64,000 bases of DNA from contig OX597816.1 in the NCBI GenBank assembly GCA_951406725.2, forward strand, positions 96,782,001-96,846,000. The letters are read 5' to 3'. The DNA comes from Octopus vulgaris (taxonomy: Eukaryota). Positions 23,164 through 36,519 of this stretch are shown here, piece after piece. Position 1 is the stretch's first letter, and the number at the start of each line of letters is the position of its first letter. Both the position numbers and the translations under genes were made by a program. Under the pieces are notes generated by a model. That model saw only the letters and a list, made by a program, of their open reading frames with translations, did not search any database and was not told the origin of the DNA.

Positions 23164-26100
23164 TATATATATATACACATACACACCACAGGCTTCTTTC
23201 AGTTTCTGTCTACCAAATCCATTCACAAGGCTTTAGTTGGCCTGAGGTTATAGCAGAAGACAATTGCCCATCATGTTACAAAGTGTGACTGAACCTGAAA
23301 CCATGTGGTTAGGAAGCAAACTTCTTACCACACAGCCATACCTGCATCTTTATGCCAGAAAAACTTATGACTGTAATAAATGGTCTAATTTAGGACATTT
23401 TGCTATTGGTAAACTGACCGACAGTGGTCGTTATCTGTTGGAGCTATGTTCCAAAATGGCTTTTGTAAATAGAATCATACTGATCCATCACAAGCACAGG
23501 CATAGAATGAACTGAACATGTTGTTGGTTGAAACAGAATATTTTATTAACTTTATACTTGACATTCACAACCTATTTCATGCTGGATGGAGCTCTGAAGC
23601 TGTTGTTAGGAAATACAGCCACTTCATGTATTTTTTGTTGGTATAATGAACCTCACAAGATATGACAAAATTTGTTTTAGCAAGTTCACATTGTGAATCT
23701 TGCAAATCATGAACAAAAACAAAATATCATTAAAATTCTCCATATCTTTCAAAAGTTATAGGTGGTTTCAAATATCATATAATATAGAAAATAAATTACA
23801 TTTTCATTGTTTCAAATTTAAAATTCTATACATTGATATCAAATCATGTTTAAAGTGCTCTACAAGTACTTGTAACGATACTTAGAGACAATTATATTTT
23901 CACACAAAATATATTGACGGTATATACTGGAATGCTGTTATTAAATTCCTCATTTCAAAGTATGCTATATGACATACCATAGAAGAGAGAAATTAAGTCT
24001 CACATCTAAATATATTTATACAAGATTTATAAAATATATATGTATTTTGCTTATAAATTAAACTGAAAACTTTTGTAAAATTTCAAATATTGTGTACTCT
24101 CCTGTTGCAGATGATAGATTAGGGTTCTGCATTTTCTTACTGAACAATTTGTACACAGGATTTGCTTATAGTGATCAAATGTTGTATCCCTCCCTCCATC
24201 AAATCGACATTGCAAGTACAGGCACCTATGCTGGTGGCACACAAACGCACCCATTACACTCTTGGAATGGTTGGAATTAGGAAGGGCATCCAGCCATAGA
24301 ATCCATGCCAAAACAGACTGAAGTCTGGTGCAGCCTTCCTGTTTGCCAGCTCTGGTCAAACCGTTCAACTTATGCCAGCATGGACAACAGACATTAAATG
24401 ATGATGATACACCATACCTCTGATATATTGGTATATAACTGAAGGTAAAATTCAAATGATTCAGTGTATGTATTTGACTGAAAGCTAAACATTGTTTTTT
24501 ACTTTTCATCAACTGCAGATATTACATTATTCCTTTGGCATAAATGCTTTAGTCAACAAATTTTTGTCTGTTTGAGGTGGGTAATATAGCAGATTTTCAA
24601 ATAATAGTACATGTAAGAATAAAATATTTCACACACCCTAATCCAATACAGCAAACTACATCTTTCTCTTCCTCATATTGCATTTTTTTTCATGCACTAT
24701 GCTTATGTGTATCTCTCGCTACCCACTCCTGTAGCCCAAAGCCATCCTCACTGCCTACTCATTGTATCATTGCTATCCTGTTTTCCCTTCTCCCTCAATA
24801 TACCCAGGTTTCACCAGTCACTGCATTTCCCACTGCTTTTTGCATTCATGTAAACTCCTTACTCCCTACTTAGACACCCCTAGTAATACTCTACCATTCC
24901 ATTTATATTCTGATTCCCATACCTTGAAGGTATGCCCTGACACATTGCCACCATCTCTCCCGCTCTCTGTCTCACCCTTTCTTTCCCTTTTACTCTCACA
25001 CTCTCACTCTCTTCCACTTTCTCTCATTCTTCATCACTCACACATGTTCTCTCTCTTTCTCTTGCTCACTCCCTCTGACTAGGTAACCATGTATCCCTTC
25101 TGCAAGAAGATATCTGCTTCTGTCCTTCTGTCACACTCTAACCTCTTATTACCTGGCACTAGGCCACCTTCTACAATACAACCCCTCTCAAAAGGTCTTT
25201 ATCTTGCAAGTTACTTGGTGACTTTGTCAGGGTTGGTGCTATGTAAAAAGAATTTAATCCACACTGTAAAATGGTTGGTATTTGGAAGGACATCTAGCGA
25301 AAAGAGAACTATGCCAAAACAGATCTCAGTGGAGCTGGTGCCACATAAAATGCACCAAGGCCACTCTGTAAAGTGGTTAGCATTAGGAAGTCCATCCAGC
25401 TCTAAAAACCATGCCATTATAGATTTCATGAGGGCTGGGGGCCACATAAAAAGTACTCAGTACACTTTGTAATGTGATTAGCATTAAGAAGGGAAACTAG
25501 CTGTAAAAACCATGCCAAAACAGACAGTGAAATCTGGTGCAGTCTTGTAGCTTGCTAGCTCCTGTCAAACTCTCCAACCCATGACAGCATGGAAAATGGA
25601 CATATGATGATGATGATATGCACACACATATGTCTATATACATATACACAAGTAAAGGTTGTAGATTGTTTTCCCATATACACAATACTCTATATGATAA
25701 TTGTCAGTGATTTGATGCAGTATCTTGCAACATACAACAATGAAATATCAAAGAAAATACAAAAGCTTGAATTACTGGGCAGAAGATCTGTCCTTCACAG
25801 CAGAACTGATACCAGTGCTGGTGCCATGTAAAAAGCACTGGTGCTGGTGCCATATAAAATGCACTCATGCAAGTGTCACATTAATAATACTAGTGCTGAT
25901 GCCACATAAAATGCACTCAGTACATTCTGTAAAATGGTCAGCATTAGGAAGAGTATCCAGCTGTAGAAACCATGCCAGAACAATGGAAACAGCTCTCAGC
26001 ATTACCAGCATCTTTCAAACTGTCTAACCCATGGCAGCATGAAAAACAGACATTAAATGATGATGATGATGATGACGATGATACAGGATTCTTTAAAATG

Positions 26101-27126
26101 TTAAATATTATATGAAGAGAAAGTGACTGTCAAAGAAATAGACCAAAAATAAAACCTCTGATATACACAATCTTCCTTTTAACAAGAAACACTGAAGACA
26201 AATCAAATACAACCATTAAACAGAACATTAACATACTAGACATACAAAGGACAAAAGTAATCAGACATGAATAACATTTACAATACACTTAGGACCCTGA
26301 AAATAAACACAAACAATGTGCTAAGACTTTAAGAACAGATGGACATCATGTTTGGCCAGCACAAAGAAATAACATACCAACTACCTACATGATAACTAAC
26401 CTAGGTAGCACAATAACAACTAATTAAAGTTAAAACTTCCCACATCAATTCACTTATAATTCCAACACTATATTCAACAGTCAAAGAATAGTTTGCATTT
26501 TTGAAAATAAATGTAAAAACTATCTGTAGCTCCTGAAACAAGCATTTAGATAAGAAAGTAAGCACATCATACAATGCTAGGTCAACATATAATAGAAAAT
26601 TTATTCTAGCTTTACTTGAGATACAGTTTTATATTTCCATTTTTGATTTTTAGCTATTCTAACATGATAAGTAATGTCTTGACCAACGGCGGATAAGAAT
26701 TTCCATTTACCTAGGAATTCCTTCATTTAAATTCATTTTGCTTATGTCAAATTAAAAGATAACCAAGTAACAAACATTAGTATTCAAGTCACGAAGATAG
26801 TGTTGCTTCATGAAATGTCACCATCTCATAGTTATTACATGGAATACTAAGTAAATATTTGGAAATGTCTAGAAAATGCTTTTAAAAATGATCAATAAAT
26901 ATTTCAGATGAATTTCTTGAAGGAAAAATATGAAAGAATAGCTGAAATAAGATATTGAATATTTTTTATATGCAATAACATTATATACATTTACATGTAT
27001 ATATCATACACACACACACATATTGTATATCTGTATATATCTATATTTATCTGTCTGTCTATCTAGCTAGCTAGCTATTTATCTATCTATATATATAAAC
27101 ACATACATATACACACATATATGCAT

Positions 27127-27159
<33 letters not shown>

Positions 27160-27954
27160 TACATATATTCATATATAAACATATATATATATCATCATCA
27201 TCATTTAACAACCGTTGCCCACGATGGCATTGGTTGGATGGTTTGAATGGGCTGGCACACTGGAAGGCCATGCCAGGCTCCAGTCTGATTTGGCATGGTT
27301 TTCTATGGCTGGATACCCTTCCTAATGCAAACCACTCTGAGAGTGTAATGGGTGTTTTTACGTGCCACCAGCACAGGTGCCATTTGTATGTCACCAGTAT
27401 CTCCCACAGCCGTGATTTTGCTATGCTTGATGGGTCTTCTTCTCAGGCATAACATGTCAAAGGTCTTGATCATTACCTCAATAAGGCCCAACACTCAAAA
27501 GGAACTCAGTCACTTTGCTCCCATGGGGTTCAATGCTCAAAAAGAAACTCAGCCACCTTGCCTCTGTGAGGCCCAACACTGAGGATATATATATATATAT
27601 ATATATATGACATAGAGCCAGAAGGAAACCTCTTCTTGAACCAAAAAATACTCAAAAAAGAAGAGGAAATAAATCTTAAAAAAATTATGTTGCCTATTTA
27701 CTTTCGAGATCATCATTATCATCATCATTTAAAGTCCACCTTCCCTGTTGGCGTGGACTGGACAGTCTGACAGAAGCTAGCCAAGCAGGAACCTACACCA
27801 GATTTCTGTGTCTGTTTTGGCAGGGTTTTTATGGCTAGTTGCCCTTCCTAACACCAATCACTCAGCAGAGTGATACATACATACATACATACAGACAGAC
27901 AGATATATAGGGAGAGAGAGAGAGAGAGAGAGATAGATACTTATAAGATATATT

Positions 27955-28900
27955 TAAGATTCTATTGAATTAGGTACTTAGGTTGAGGCACCAAGTCAGT
28001 CCAGGATTGTCTGCACAACTAGGTGAATAAAAAGCAAATAAGTAACAAGGATGTCCGGGTATTAGTGCATTACAGCTGTTTCAGGCGGCTCTATTTAATT
28101 GATCGGTGCAAGCATTATATTAATTTGAAATAAACTGCTCCCTCAGAAGCATAAGACCATATAGGTTTGCAACATACAGGAAACTCCATTGTAATTTTTT
28201 AACAAATTTTACATCAGTACTCGAGAATAAAAGAACTACATTACTTACTGTTATTATTGTAGCAGAATGAAATTAGGGAGATTGATATTTAAAGCCTACT
28301 GTAATTTATAGTGGCAGAAGAAAATAACAACAGGGGTGGGGGGGTCAAGAAAGAGTAATGGTGATAGAGCTACATTCACCTTTATCCTTATCACAATCAA
28401 AAGATCCAGTGCAGCAAGTATTCTATATCCCCTTAGAATTAAAACCATTGGGAATTGACAGTTAAGTTCTTGTTGCTGGTGATAAATTAATTAATGTCAG
28501 ATATTCTTCCCTACTCCTATTTTACTCTGACTATAAATTTGCCATGTCAATATAAAAGAACAAGCCTCAGAAGCCGCTAGCAAGATAATGGTGTATAGAT
28601 GATAACCAGAAAGAGGAAGGGCAGGGGTGACTTAAACTATATTATGATCATCAATTAAAAGAGGCCTAAAACAAAAAACAAAGGAGGTCACAATGAGACC
28701 TAAGTGGACATTAAGGTTGCAAGGGAAAAAATGTATATCCAAATTTAGTAAAGTTTATATATTATTATGTTTTGTATATTAGATAATAAAATTTAGAAAG
28801 GGATTTAAGGACCAAGTAAGAGAAGAAGGATAGATAAGGCTATCTAAGTCCTAAAAGAAATTTACTCAACATGTTTCCATACATCCCAAGTTTATGTTAA
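27955..28900 (-). mobile_element. Family A PLE 3' end (frameshifted nuclease C-terminus, 3' UTR, hammerhead)
   Basis: Frameshifted YIFSLATL..GL motif near 28690-28737 resembles the PLE C-terminal IFxLxTLxPxGLN. Hammerhead at 28065-28152. Terminus shared with 3960-4018. Confidence 0.6.
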
Positions 28901-28904
28901 CTAA

Positions 28905-31030
28905 ATTGTTGAGTGCAATGTTTAGATGATGCTACACCTTCGAATGCTGCACCTTGGAACGTTGACATGGTAGACAGGCATATGGCCAAGCAGTAATAGA
29001 CTGACGCATATTTGACCAGAAAAAACAGGCCAAGATAAACTTTACTCTGGCTGCAATGCCAGGGTGTGACAGTGAATGCAGTGCTTTAAAAACAGCACAA
29101 CAGTGATGTTCTAACGGGGTGACCCGGTAGAAACATCGCAGAGAATAGTTCCTTCAGAAAAAGGCAGAGGCAGGTGTTCAAGCTTGCAGCAGGAAAACTG
29201 TGGTAAAAAGACATCCACAGTCCAAGGAGGGTTGGTCAGTAGTCATAACAACCAAATCAATTGAAGCAGGAGCCGACAATGAACTGACAGGCAGGTGAGA
29301 TAAGGCATCAGCGGGGATGTTGTCAGTGCCAGCAATGTGGCAAATGTTACTAGTGAACTGTGATATGTAGTCCAAATGCTTTGTTTCTCTGGGCGAGTAC
29401 CAGTCTGTTTTGGTAAAGAGAGCAAATGTCAGCGGTTTGTGGTTGGTGAAAATCATGAAATCTCTACCTTCAAGAAGCTGAGAAAAATACTTCACCACTA
29501 TATAAATTGCTAAGAGTTCTTTACCAAACACACTGTATTTTAGTTTGGCATCTTTCAACTGGCAAAAAAAGAAAGCCAATGGTTGGCTTTGGCTGTTGAC
29601 AGATTGCTCTAAAACTGCAGCAATAGTGGATGCTAATGCATCAACAGTGAGTGTCAATTTTGCATCCACAACAGGATGAGCAAGAAAGGATGCTTGAGCA
29701 AGGTCAGCTTTGACAGATTCAAAAGCTTGGATGGCTGTAGGAGACAGAATTATCAGGAAGTCTCTTTTTTTGTTGATCTTTCAAGAGCTGGGTCAAGAAA
29801 GCAACTTCTCTGCCCAGCTAAGAATGAAACAACAATAATAATTAATTAAACCAATAACATTTCTGAGCTGTTTTAAAGAAATAGGAGGAGACAAGTGTTT
29901 GATGGCTTCCATTTCAGAGAGAAGTGGACGAATACCATCAGCGTCAATGAGATGCCTCAAGAATTCCAAACTGGTAGAACCAAATACATACTTAACCAGA
30001 TTAATCTTCACATCATAGGAACATGAGTGCTTGAACAGTTAAGTTAAGTGTTGGAGGTGCTGATCTGAAGTACCACTGACGATTAGAAGGTCATCAACGT
30101 ATGTGAAGACAAAATCTAACCCATGAACGACTTCATCAATGAACTTTTGGAACATGCTGGCCGCATTGCAAAGACCAAATGGCATAGACAAGAATTCAAA
30201 TGCTCCAAAAGACGTGGTGACGGCTGTCTTTGAAATGTCAGGGTTGACAGGGATTTGATGGTTTGTGCATACCAAGTCGATGTTAGAAAAATATCTTACA
30301 GCTGTGCAGGGCAGACAAAAAATCTTGCACATTTGATAGGGGATAACAATCCATGATAGTGACAGTGTTAAGATGTCTAAAATCCCCAACTGGTTGAAAA
30401 TCAGCTTCATTCTTCCTGGCCATGTGTAAAGGTGCTGCCCACAGGCTCGTGGAGGAACGAATAAGGCCTAGCTAAAGCATGTGCATGAATTCAGCCCGGG
30501 CAATCTGGAGTTTCTCTGGAGACAAACGGCACAGTCAGGAAAAAATTAGAGGTCCCTTAGTCATGATGAAATGACTTGTGGAATGGGCTGGATTCAATGG
30601 ATGAAATGGCAAATCAGTCAACTCTGGAAACAAAGCAAGTAACTGGTATTAAAAGTCACCTGAAGTAGCTACAAAGAAAGAGGGGCTCACAACAGGAACA
30701 GAAGAGTGTGTGAAATTTATTTTCATCAGAAGGAGAGTTACACCTGAGAACCTCAGTTTTGAAAGATTCATACATCATGTTCGATAGAGTTCCTGTTATC
30801 ATATCTCGAACTAAAAGTGCAAGAGAAGAAGGAATGCTTGTAAATGCAATGTGGTGTTTGCTCTGAGCCGACTGAATATTAGAAGAAATGAAAAACGATT
30901 CTAGTTGCAAAAACCACATCTTAGCATATCCATGATATTGAGGTAAGAGAAAATGACCCATGTTTAAATGATAATAAGAACAGAACACCACGAAGCTGGT
31001 TGAAAGAAATTCTGTTAGAAATAGCACTCA
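28905..31030 (-). mobile_element. Ty3/Gypsy LTR retrotransposon internal remnant (gag, RT, RNase H, integrase N-terminus)
   Basis: gag-like MWFLQLESFF; RT KTAVTTSFGAFEFLSMPFGLCNAA..FQ, YVDDLL; RNase H TVDA, YSVFGKELLAI, FTNHKPL, NIPADALS. Many frameshifts, protease region deleted, LTRs not resolved. Confidence 0.92.
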
Positions 31031-31740
31031 AAACATTCCAGTTGAAAGACGACATGACAAGCATCGAACTAGGAATTTTTTAGCAGCAGAGGATGAAATG
31101 GGAGAAGTCCTTGCCAATGGATAAAGAACAAAACAATGGCCAACATATGGATAATCCGGGTAGGGTTGAGAGAAAGAAACGCATACCTGACACGTAGGAA
31201 AAACTGTTGTCCATATGAATTCCGGATGAAATTTTCTGGGGTTTTTTTCAATTGCAAGAAAATTCCCCTGGGAAGCTGTGTCTTTGAAAGTCCAAGTTGT
31301 AAATTCAGTCACAACAAGAGGAAAAAATGATTTGCCACACCTGTTTGAAAAAGGTGCCAATTTTTTTTTTTTTTTTTGGTTGAGAAGACAATATGGTGAC
31401 GAGAGAGACATCAGTGGTATCTAAAATGTAACCATGCATTTTACTGCTATTTTCAGCAAGTAGAGGACACTGTGTAAGAATGAACTGGTGTCTTGTGAAA
31501 CATGAAGAAAACTACCAAGAAGTTGTTAGGATGAAATAACCAGCAAGATTTGAACACAAAAATTTAGAAATACGAAACTAGACTGCAAAATATATCTAGT
31601 CCAGAACTTGGTGTCAGTATGTTGTCAACTTTGAAAAATAAATATAAGTGAGAGTAAAATCTTCTAGATTTACAAAATTAATGTACCTTTGCAACAGAAC
31701 AGCATAAACATATGGGAGATCTAGCTTGAAAAAATCTTAC

Positions 31741-31833
31741 CTATATGTGGTGGAAGGATGAGATGCAAATGTTCATAGTCTGTTGCACCATCTTTGAGTA
31801 AAATGCTAAAATAGCTGTGTAAACTCAGAGGAT
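31741..31833 (-). CDS. M1AP: M1AP-like internal exon, 93 nt, phase 1-1
   Basis: cttttctttcag|ATCCTC...CATATAG|gtaaga. Encodes DPLSLHSYFSILLKDGATDYEHLHLILPPHI versus recalled human DIVSMEIFFKAWLHNSGTDQEQIHLLL. Phase matches the previous exon. Confidence 0.87.
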
Positions 31834-32111
31834 CTGAAAGAAAAGATACAAAATACAAAATGCAAAATTAAAGAAGCAAAAATTATTTTGGCAAATAGAG
31901 ACAAAAAAAGTATATTAACAATAAAAAAAAATCATACATAGAATTGGTTTTACATAGACACATATATGTATTATATATATGCATCATCACCCCCACCACA
32001 ACCATCATCATCATCATCATTATTTTAACATCTATTTTTCTATATATCTGTTTGTGTGTATGTGTGTGTGTGTAAGTATATATGTATAAATATATATCAG
32101 AATATATGCAT

Positions 32112-32334
32112 ATTTGACCAATTCATGCAAGTATGGAAACACTTTAATAAAATTTTGAAAGTGGTGACGGTTATGATGAAAATGATGTTCTAGCTTTAAT
32201 CAACATACATATATACATACATACACATATATGTATGTATGTATATAGATTAAAACTAGAACATCATTTTCATCATCATCACCTTCAAAATTTTGTTATC
32301 AAAGTGTTTCCATACTTGTATGAATTGGTCAAAT
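32112..32334. repeat. Fold-back inverted duplication (about 90-bp arms) around a (TA)/(TACA) tract
   Basis: 32112-32201 is the reverse complement of 32248-32334 with several substitutions and indels. Confidence 0.9.
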
Positions 32335-32867
32335 GCACACACACACACACATATGCATGTATAAATATATCAATATAAAGTATAGATATACCATAAGCAA
32401 TTTTTTTTTGTATTATGATGTATAGCAAAAGAAGCACTTAGATTTATTCCTCGCTATCTAAATATAAATTGAAAACAGCTTCATATATCCTCAAAATAAT
32501 AAACAAATTCAAAAGTGACTTTGAACTTTGCTAGTGTAGGATGTAAAAGTATATCAGTTGTAAAGATAACATCTGAAAAGCAAACCAGTATGGAACGATA
32601 AAAAAAGAACATCATGCAGGATGAAAATACTTATTTCCTGTACAGAAAGTAATGTTTATGAAATATTCATTCTATATGTAGAGAGAAATGAAATAAACAA
32701 TGAAGGTTATGTCCACAGCTGTCCTCTTATCTCCAGACAATGATAAGCCTGTCCATTCCTTTTATGGCATATCAACTTTAAAATATTTTTGATTCTTGAG
32801 ATTGTCTTAACTTCTTATGTCAATGTGGTCTTAATTACCATCTGGTACTTAAGACAAATCTTTTATA

Positions 32868-35800
32868 GATCTGCATCATGGAGAGAGCCAAAATTCTTAA
32901 GGACTATACAATACCTGGCATGTTAAATAGTTGGAAAGAAGTGTTTTCTAAACGCGTCTACTTCAAGCACTACTTACTGGAAAATTGGATCTCCCTGTTT
33001 GCTAGTTAGGCCTCTTCAGGTCTGTAAGAGTTGTTTTTTCCTCTGGTTTAAAGGAAATAATCAGTCCTCATTGACATTTTTTTGTTAAGATGTATTTCTC
33101 ATTTTTTGAGCATTCCCTCATATCCATGGCATAGAAATTTTAAAATTTTCGGCTTTTTATATAGACGTCCACATGGCTTTGACTTTGTGGGTGTGAAACC
33201 TTGGGTAACTCAATGTCCAAGATAAAAAAATTTTGTTGTAATAATTACTATTCTATTCTTTAGAGAGTCCTTCTCTCTGATATATGTCTTTTTTATTAAC
33301 TATCTATCTGCAGCTCGGTTACAGAGTGTCTTATGAAGTACACTACATCTTCTACATTTGATAACTGTACCGATCCCTGTGCTTTTACATATTATCAATT
33401 GCGACCTCAAGGATAACAAGGAACCTGTCAATTTAGGGTATTCAAAAAAAAAATATCCCTATATCTTCTAATGAGGTTTACATGTAAATGTTATTGGAGA
33501 AAATGATAGACTTTATAAGACACATGAGATGGAAAGCATTCTTCTATGATCAAAGCACACAACTTTTTGAGGCCAATACATACAGTATCAAGTCTAGGAA
33601 CTTCCCACCTAGAATCAAAGAAGTCAAAGCCTTTGAAGCAGACCTACTGGGCATAATACCCAGGCTGAAATTCCATAAGTCCTTTTTCCCTTTTCAAAGC
33701 AAACTCTGTGAAGATATACAAAAAATAAGAAACTCTAATAAGTTCTTAATTTTCTTGGATAAGACTAAGAACTTATACATGATAGATGCATATGCTTACA
33801 ATTGGCTTTTAAATGATTCAATCACATAAAAATACAGATACACTTCTAATAATATTAACTGTGAGGCTAAACAGATAGCAGCTAACCTAGGTATAGCAGA
33901 CAGAGAAGAGAACTTGGCCAAGAGAAATGCTTTTATAAATATGAAAGATAACCAGCTGAATTTTGCCTCAAAGCCCAAATGCAGCCTGATCAACCTGGCC
34001 AAATCCGAGATTGGCCAGGCGAGTAAATATATACTGAGGAAGATTAATGATGACATAAGAAGACATATGGGCCTCCCTTTTGGTACAGCACCAATGAGGT
34101 AACCTCATGGTTTATTGCCAGCCAGGACAGAATAGCGCTAGATTTACACAGTTCAACATTATCAACATTTATCTATCTATTTCTAAAGAGTTATTGTTGA
34201 AGGCACTTTCTTTTGCCAAGGGCTTCACAGATACTAGTAATAGTGATATTAGATTTATCATGCATGCCAGGAAGACAGTGCAGTTCAGCAAAGATTTGAC
34301 TTGGATTAAGCAATCTGACCCTGAGGGCTCCTTTGATGTGGCAATGAGAGCATATGACAGGGCCGATGTCTGTGATCTTATCGGACTGTACAGCCTGGAC
34401 ATCTTAGAGAAGAGGTTTCCTTCAATCTTCTTCAGCCTCTACAGAGATGGCTCCCTAACCATCTCTAGAGGAGCCAACGACCACACATTATATAGACTTA
34501 GAAAGGACCTAATTAGCACCTTAGACTCAATGGGTCGCAAGATCACCATTGAGACTAATCTCACTACAGTATATTTCTTAGATACTACTTTAGATCTGGA
34601 CTCTGGTACATACAGACCCTATCACAAGCCATACAAAAGAATATTTTATATTAGTACAGCCTCCTGCCACTACCCTATAGTTTTCAAGAACCTAGTGAAA
34701 GATGTAAGCAAGAGGATCTCGAATCTATCCTCAAGCCAAGATATCTTGAACACCACTGCCCCTACTACTACAATGAGGCACGGGCATCGAGTGGGCTTAA
34801 GGACAGCATTTCTTACATGTAGTTTAGTTTGCTCCACCCTTTTTGCTCAGTGTGTGAGAGATTTTCCTTAGATTGATGGCCAAACATTTCACACAGACAC
34901 ATAAATACAGGCATTTATTTAACAGACACAACCTAAGAATCTCCTAACATAAAAAAAAAACCTTTCAACAAGTACCTACAATACAAAGGAGGGAGCAGAT
35001 TACTCTTGCAGGGTATATAATAACTATCCAGTAGGATGCTAATGCGAGGCTGAAGGGGTCAGCTACGAGGCTTAAGTGATATGTAGACCTGCTATCTGCA
35101 ATAACAGTACTGAAGCATCCAACAGCAGATTAAACAGATCTCATGCCAATACAATTGCTTCGCGCAGAGATAATAACCGGTCTGGGACCAGCATCACAGA
35201 GAGCATCACCGAAGAACCCGGTACTACTACCACAGATAATGAACAAACCACAGACACAGATAGAGTGGCCACGCCTGAAACATATGTTACCACCAATACA
35301 ATTGCCATGCCTAGAAATGATGACCAATCCAGGACCAGTGACATGGAAGAGGTATCTGCTGTTCCCAGTATCACCACCACATGATGACCAAATACTTATC
35401 TTCAACATTGATGGCATGACCATCCCACACCATATGTTACCAGGGGTGTGATTAAGGCCACATCCCATGTTTGTAAATATACTGGATCTGCGAGTACTTC
35501 CTTCAAGTGACATTTTCTTAACCACCAGTAATCCTTTAGAGTCCCAGAAAGATGGTTTGTTATGTCCCTAGTCTGCCATATGTGGCACTTCAAAGATCAA
35601 AGGATCCTGTGTGATACCAGGCGGAAATTAATTGATCATCTGGGCCCAAATATTAATGGAAGTGACCATTACAAGTCTTAAGGACTATATGAAACCTGGT
35701 GCATTAAACAGTCAGAAAGAAGTGTTTTCTAAACGTATCCACTTCAAGTGCTACTTACTGGAAAATTGGATCTCTCCGTTTGCTAGTTAGGCCTCTTCGC

Positions 35801-36089
35801 ATCTATAAGAGTTGTCTTTCTTTCTGGTTCAGAGAAAATAACCCATCCTCATTAACATTTTTTTGTTAAGACATATTTCTCATTTTCTGAGCGTTTCTTC
35901 TCGTCTACGATGTAGAAATTTAAAAATTTTTGTCTTTTTATATAGTCTGATGAGCTGTCCACAAGGCTTTGGCTTTGTGGATGCAAAACCTTGGGTAACC
36001 CTGTGTCCAAGATATAAAATTTTGTTGTTATAATTATTACTCTATTCTTTAGAGTGAGCTTCTTTCTGATACACATTTTTTTATTAAGT
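32868..36089 (+). mobile_element. Full-length Naiad-type Penelope-like retroelement with direct pLTRs (about 32897-33299 and 35677-36087), ending in (TA)n
   Basis: NLGYSKK.IP, RHMRWKAFFY, KPKCSLINLAKSEIG, MRAYDRADVCDLIGLY, LYRDG, FLDTTLDL..GTYRPY.KP (RT); degenerate CxCR..CP..C knuckle; GVSYEA...KYTG..FK...NH (GIY-YIG). The upstream partial copy starts inside the nuclease C-terminus. Confidence 0.92.
33421..35790 (+). pseudogene. Disrupted PLE RT plus GIY-YIG ORF
   Basis: ORF fragments 33488-33829, 33914-34102, 34107-34871, 35076-35384 and the nuclease continuing in the same frame at 35475-35678; stops and frameshifts throughout. Confidence 0.9.
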
Positions 36090-36519
36090 AATATATATAT
36101 ATAATTATATATATAAAATATATACATATAATATAGACCTGGGATGAGGTGGTGAAGCACGAGCTTCGAACATTAGGCCTCACCGAGGCAATGGCTAGTG
36201 ACCAAGACATTTGGAAATATGCAATGCGTGAGAAGTCCTGGTAAGCCAAGTGAAACCATAACCTATGGCCTATGCCAGGGGTGTAACCAGCCTATTTATG
36301 TGTACCTTTCCTTCATTGGACACTAAACTCTGCTTGTGAAGACCTGTTGAAGCAAGTGAAATCAAATCAAATCAAATTTGCAAATTCAATGACTGGCACC
36401 CATGCCAGTAGAGTGCTAAGAGCACCATCCGAGCATTGCTGCCAAAGAAGCTGACTGGCATCTATGCTGGTGACACATAAAAAGCACTATTCAAACATGA
36501 TCGTTACCAGCTGCTCAGT

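Larger units (their letters stand above)
22441..23348 (-). mobile_element. Family 1 SINE split by a PLE-type insertion in its internal (TA)n
   Basis: 3' half at 22441-22680, 5' half at 23164-23348; unrelated sequence between two TA tracts. Confidence 0.85.

Noticed and set aside
26401-26532. Exon-like 132-nt segment with AG/GT ends
   Set aside because: Wrong phase for M1AP, ends in TAG, and shows no homology.
34990-35680. Selenocysteine read-through, as known for some Naiad elements
   Set aside because: In-frame stops are TAA, or TGA at likely Arg positions; the conserved Cys positions read TGC/TAC/TAT, not TGA.
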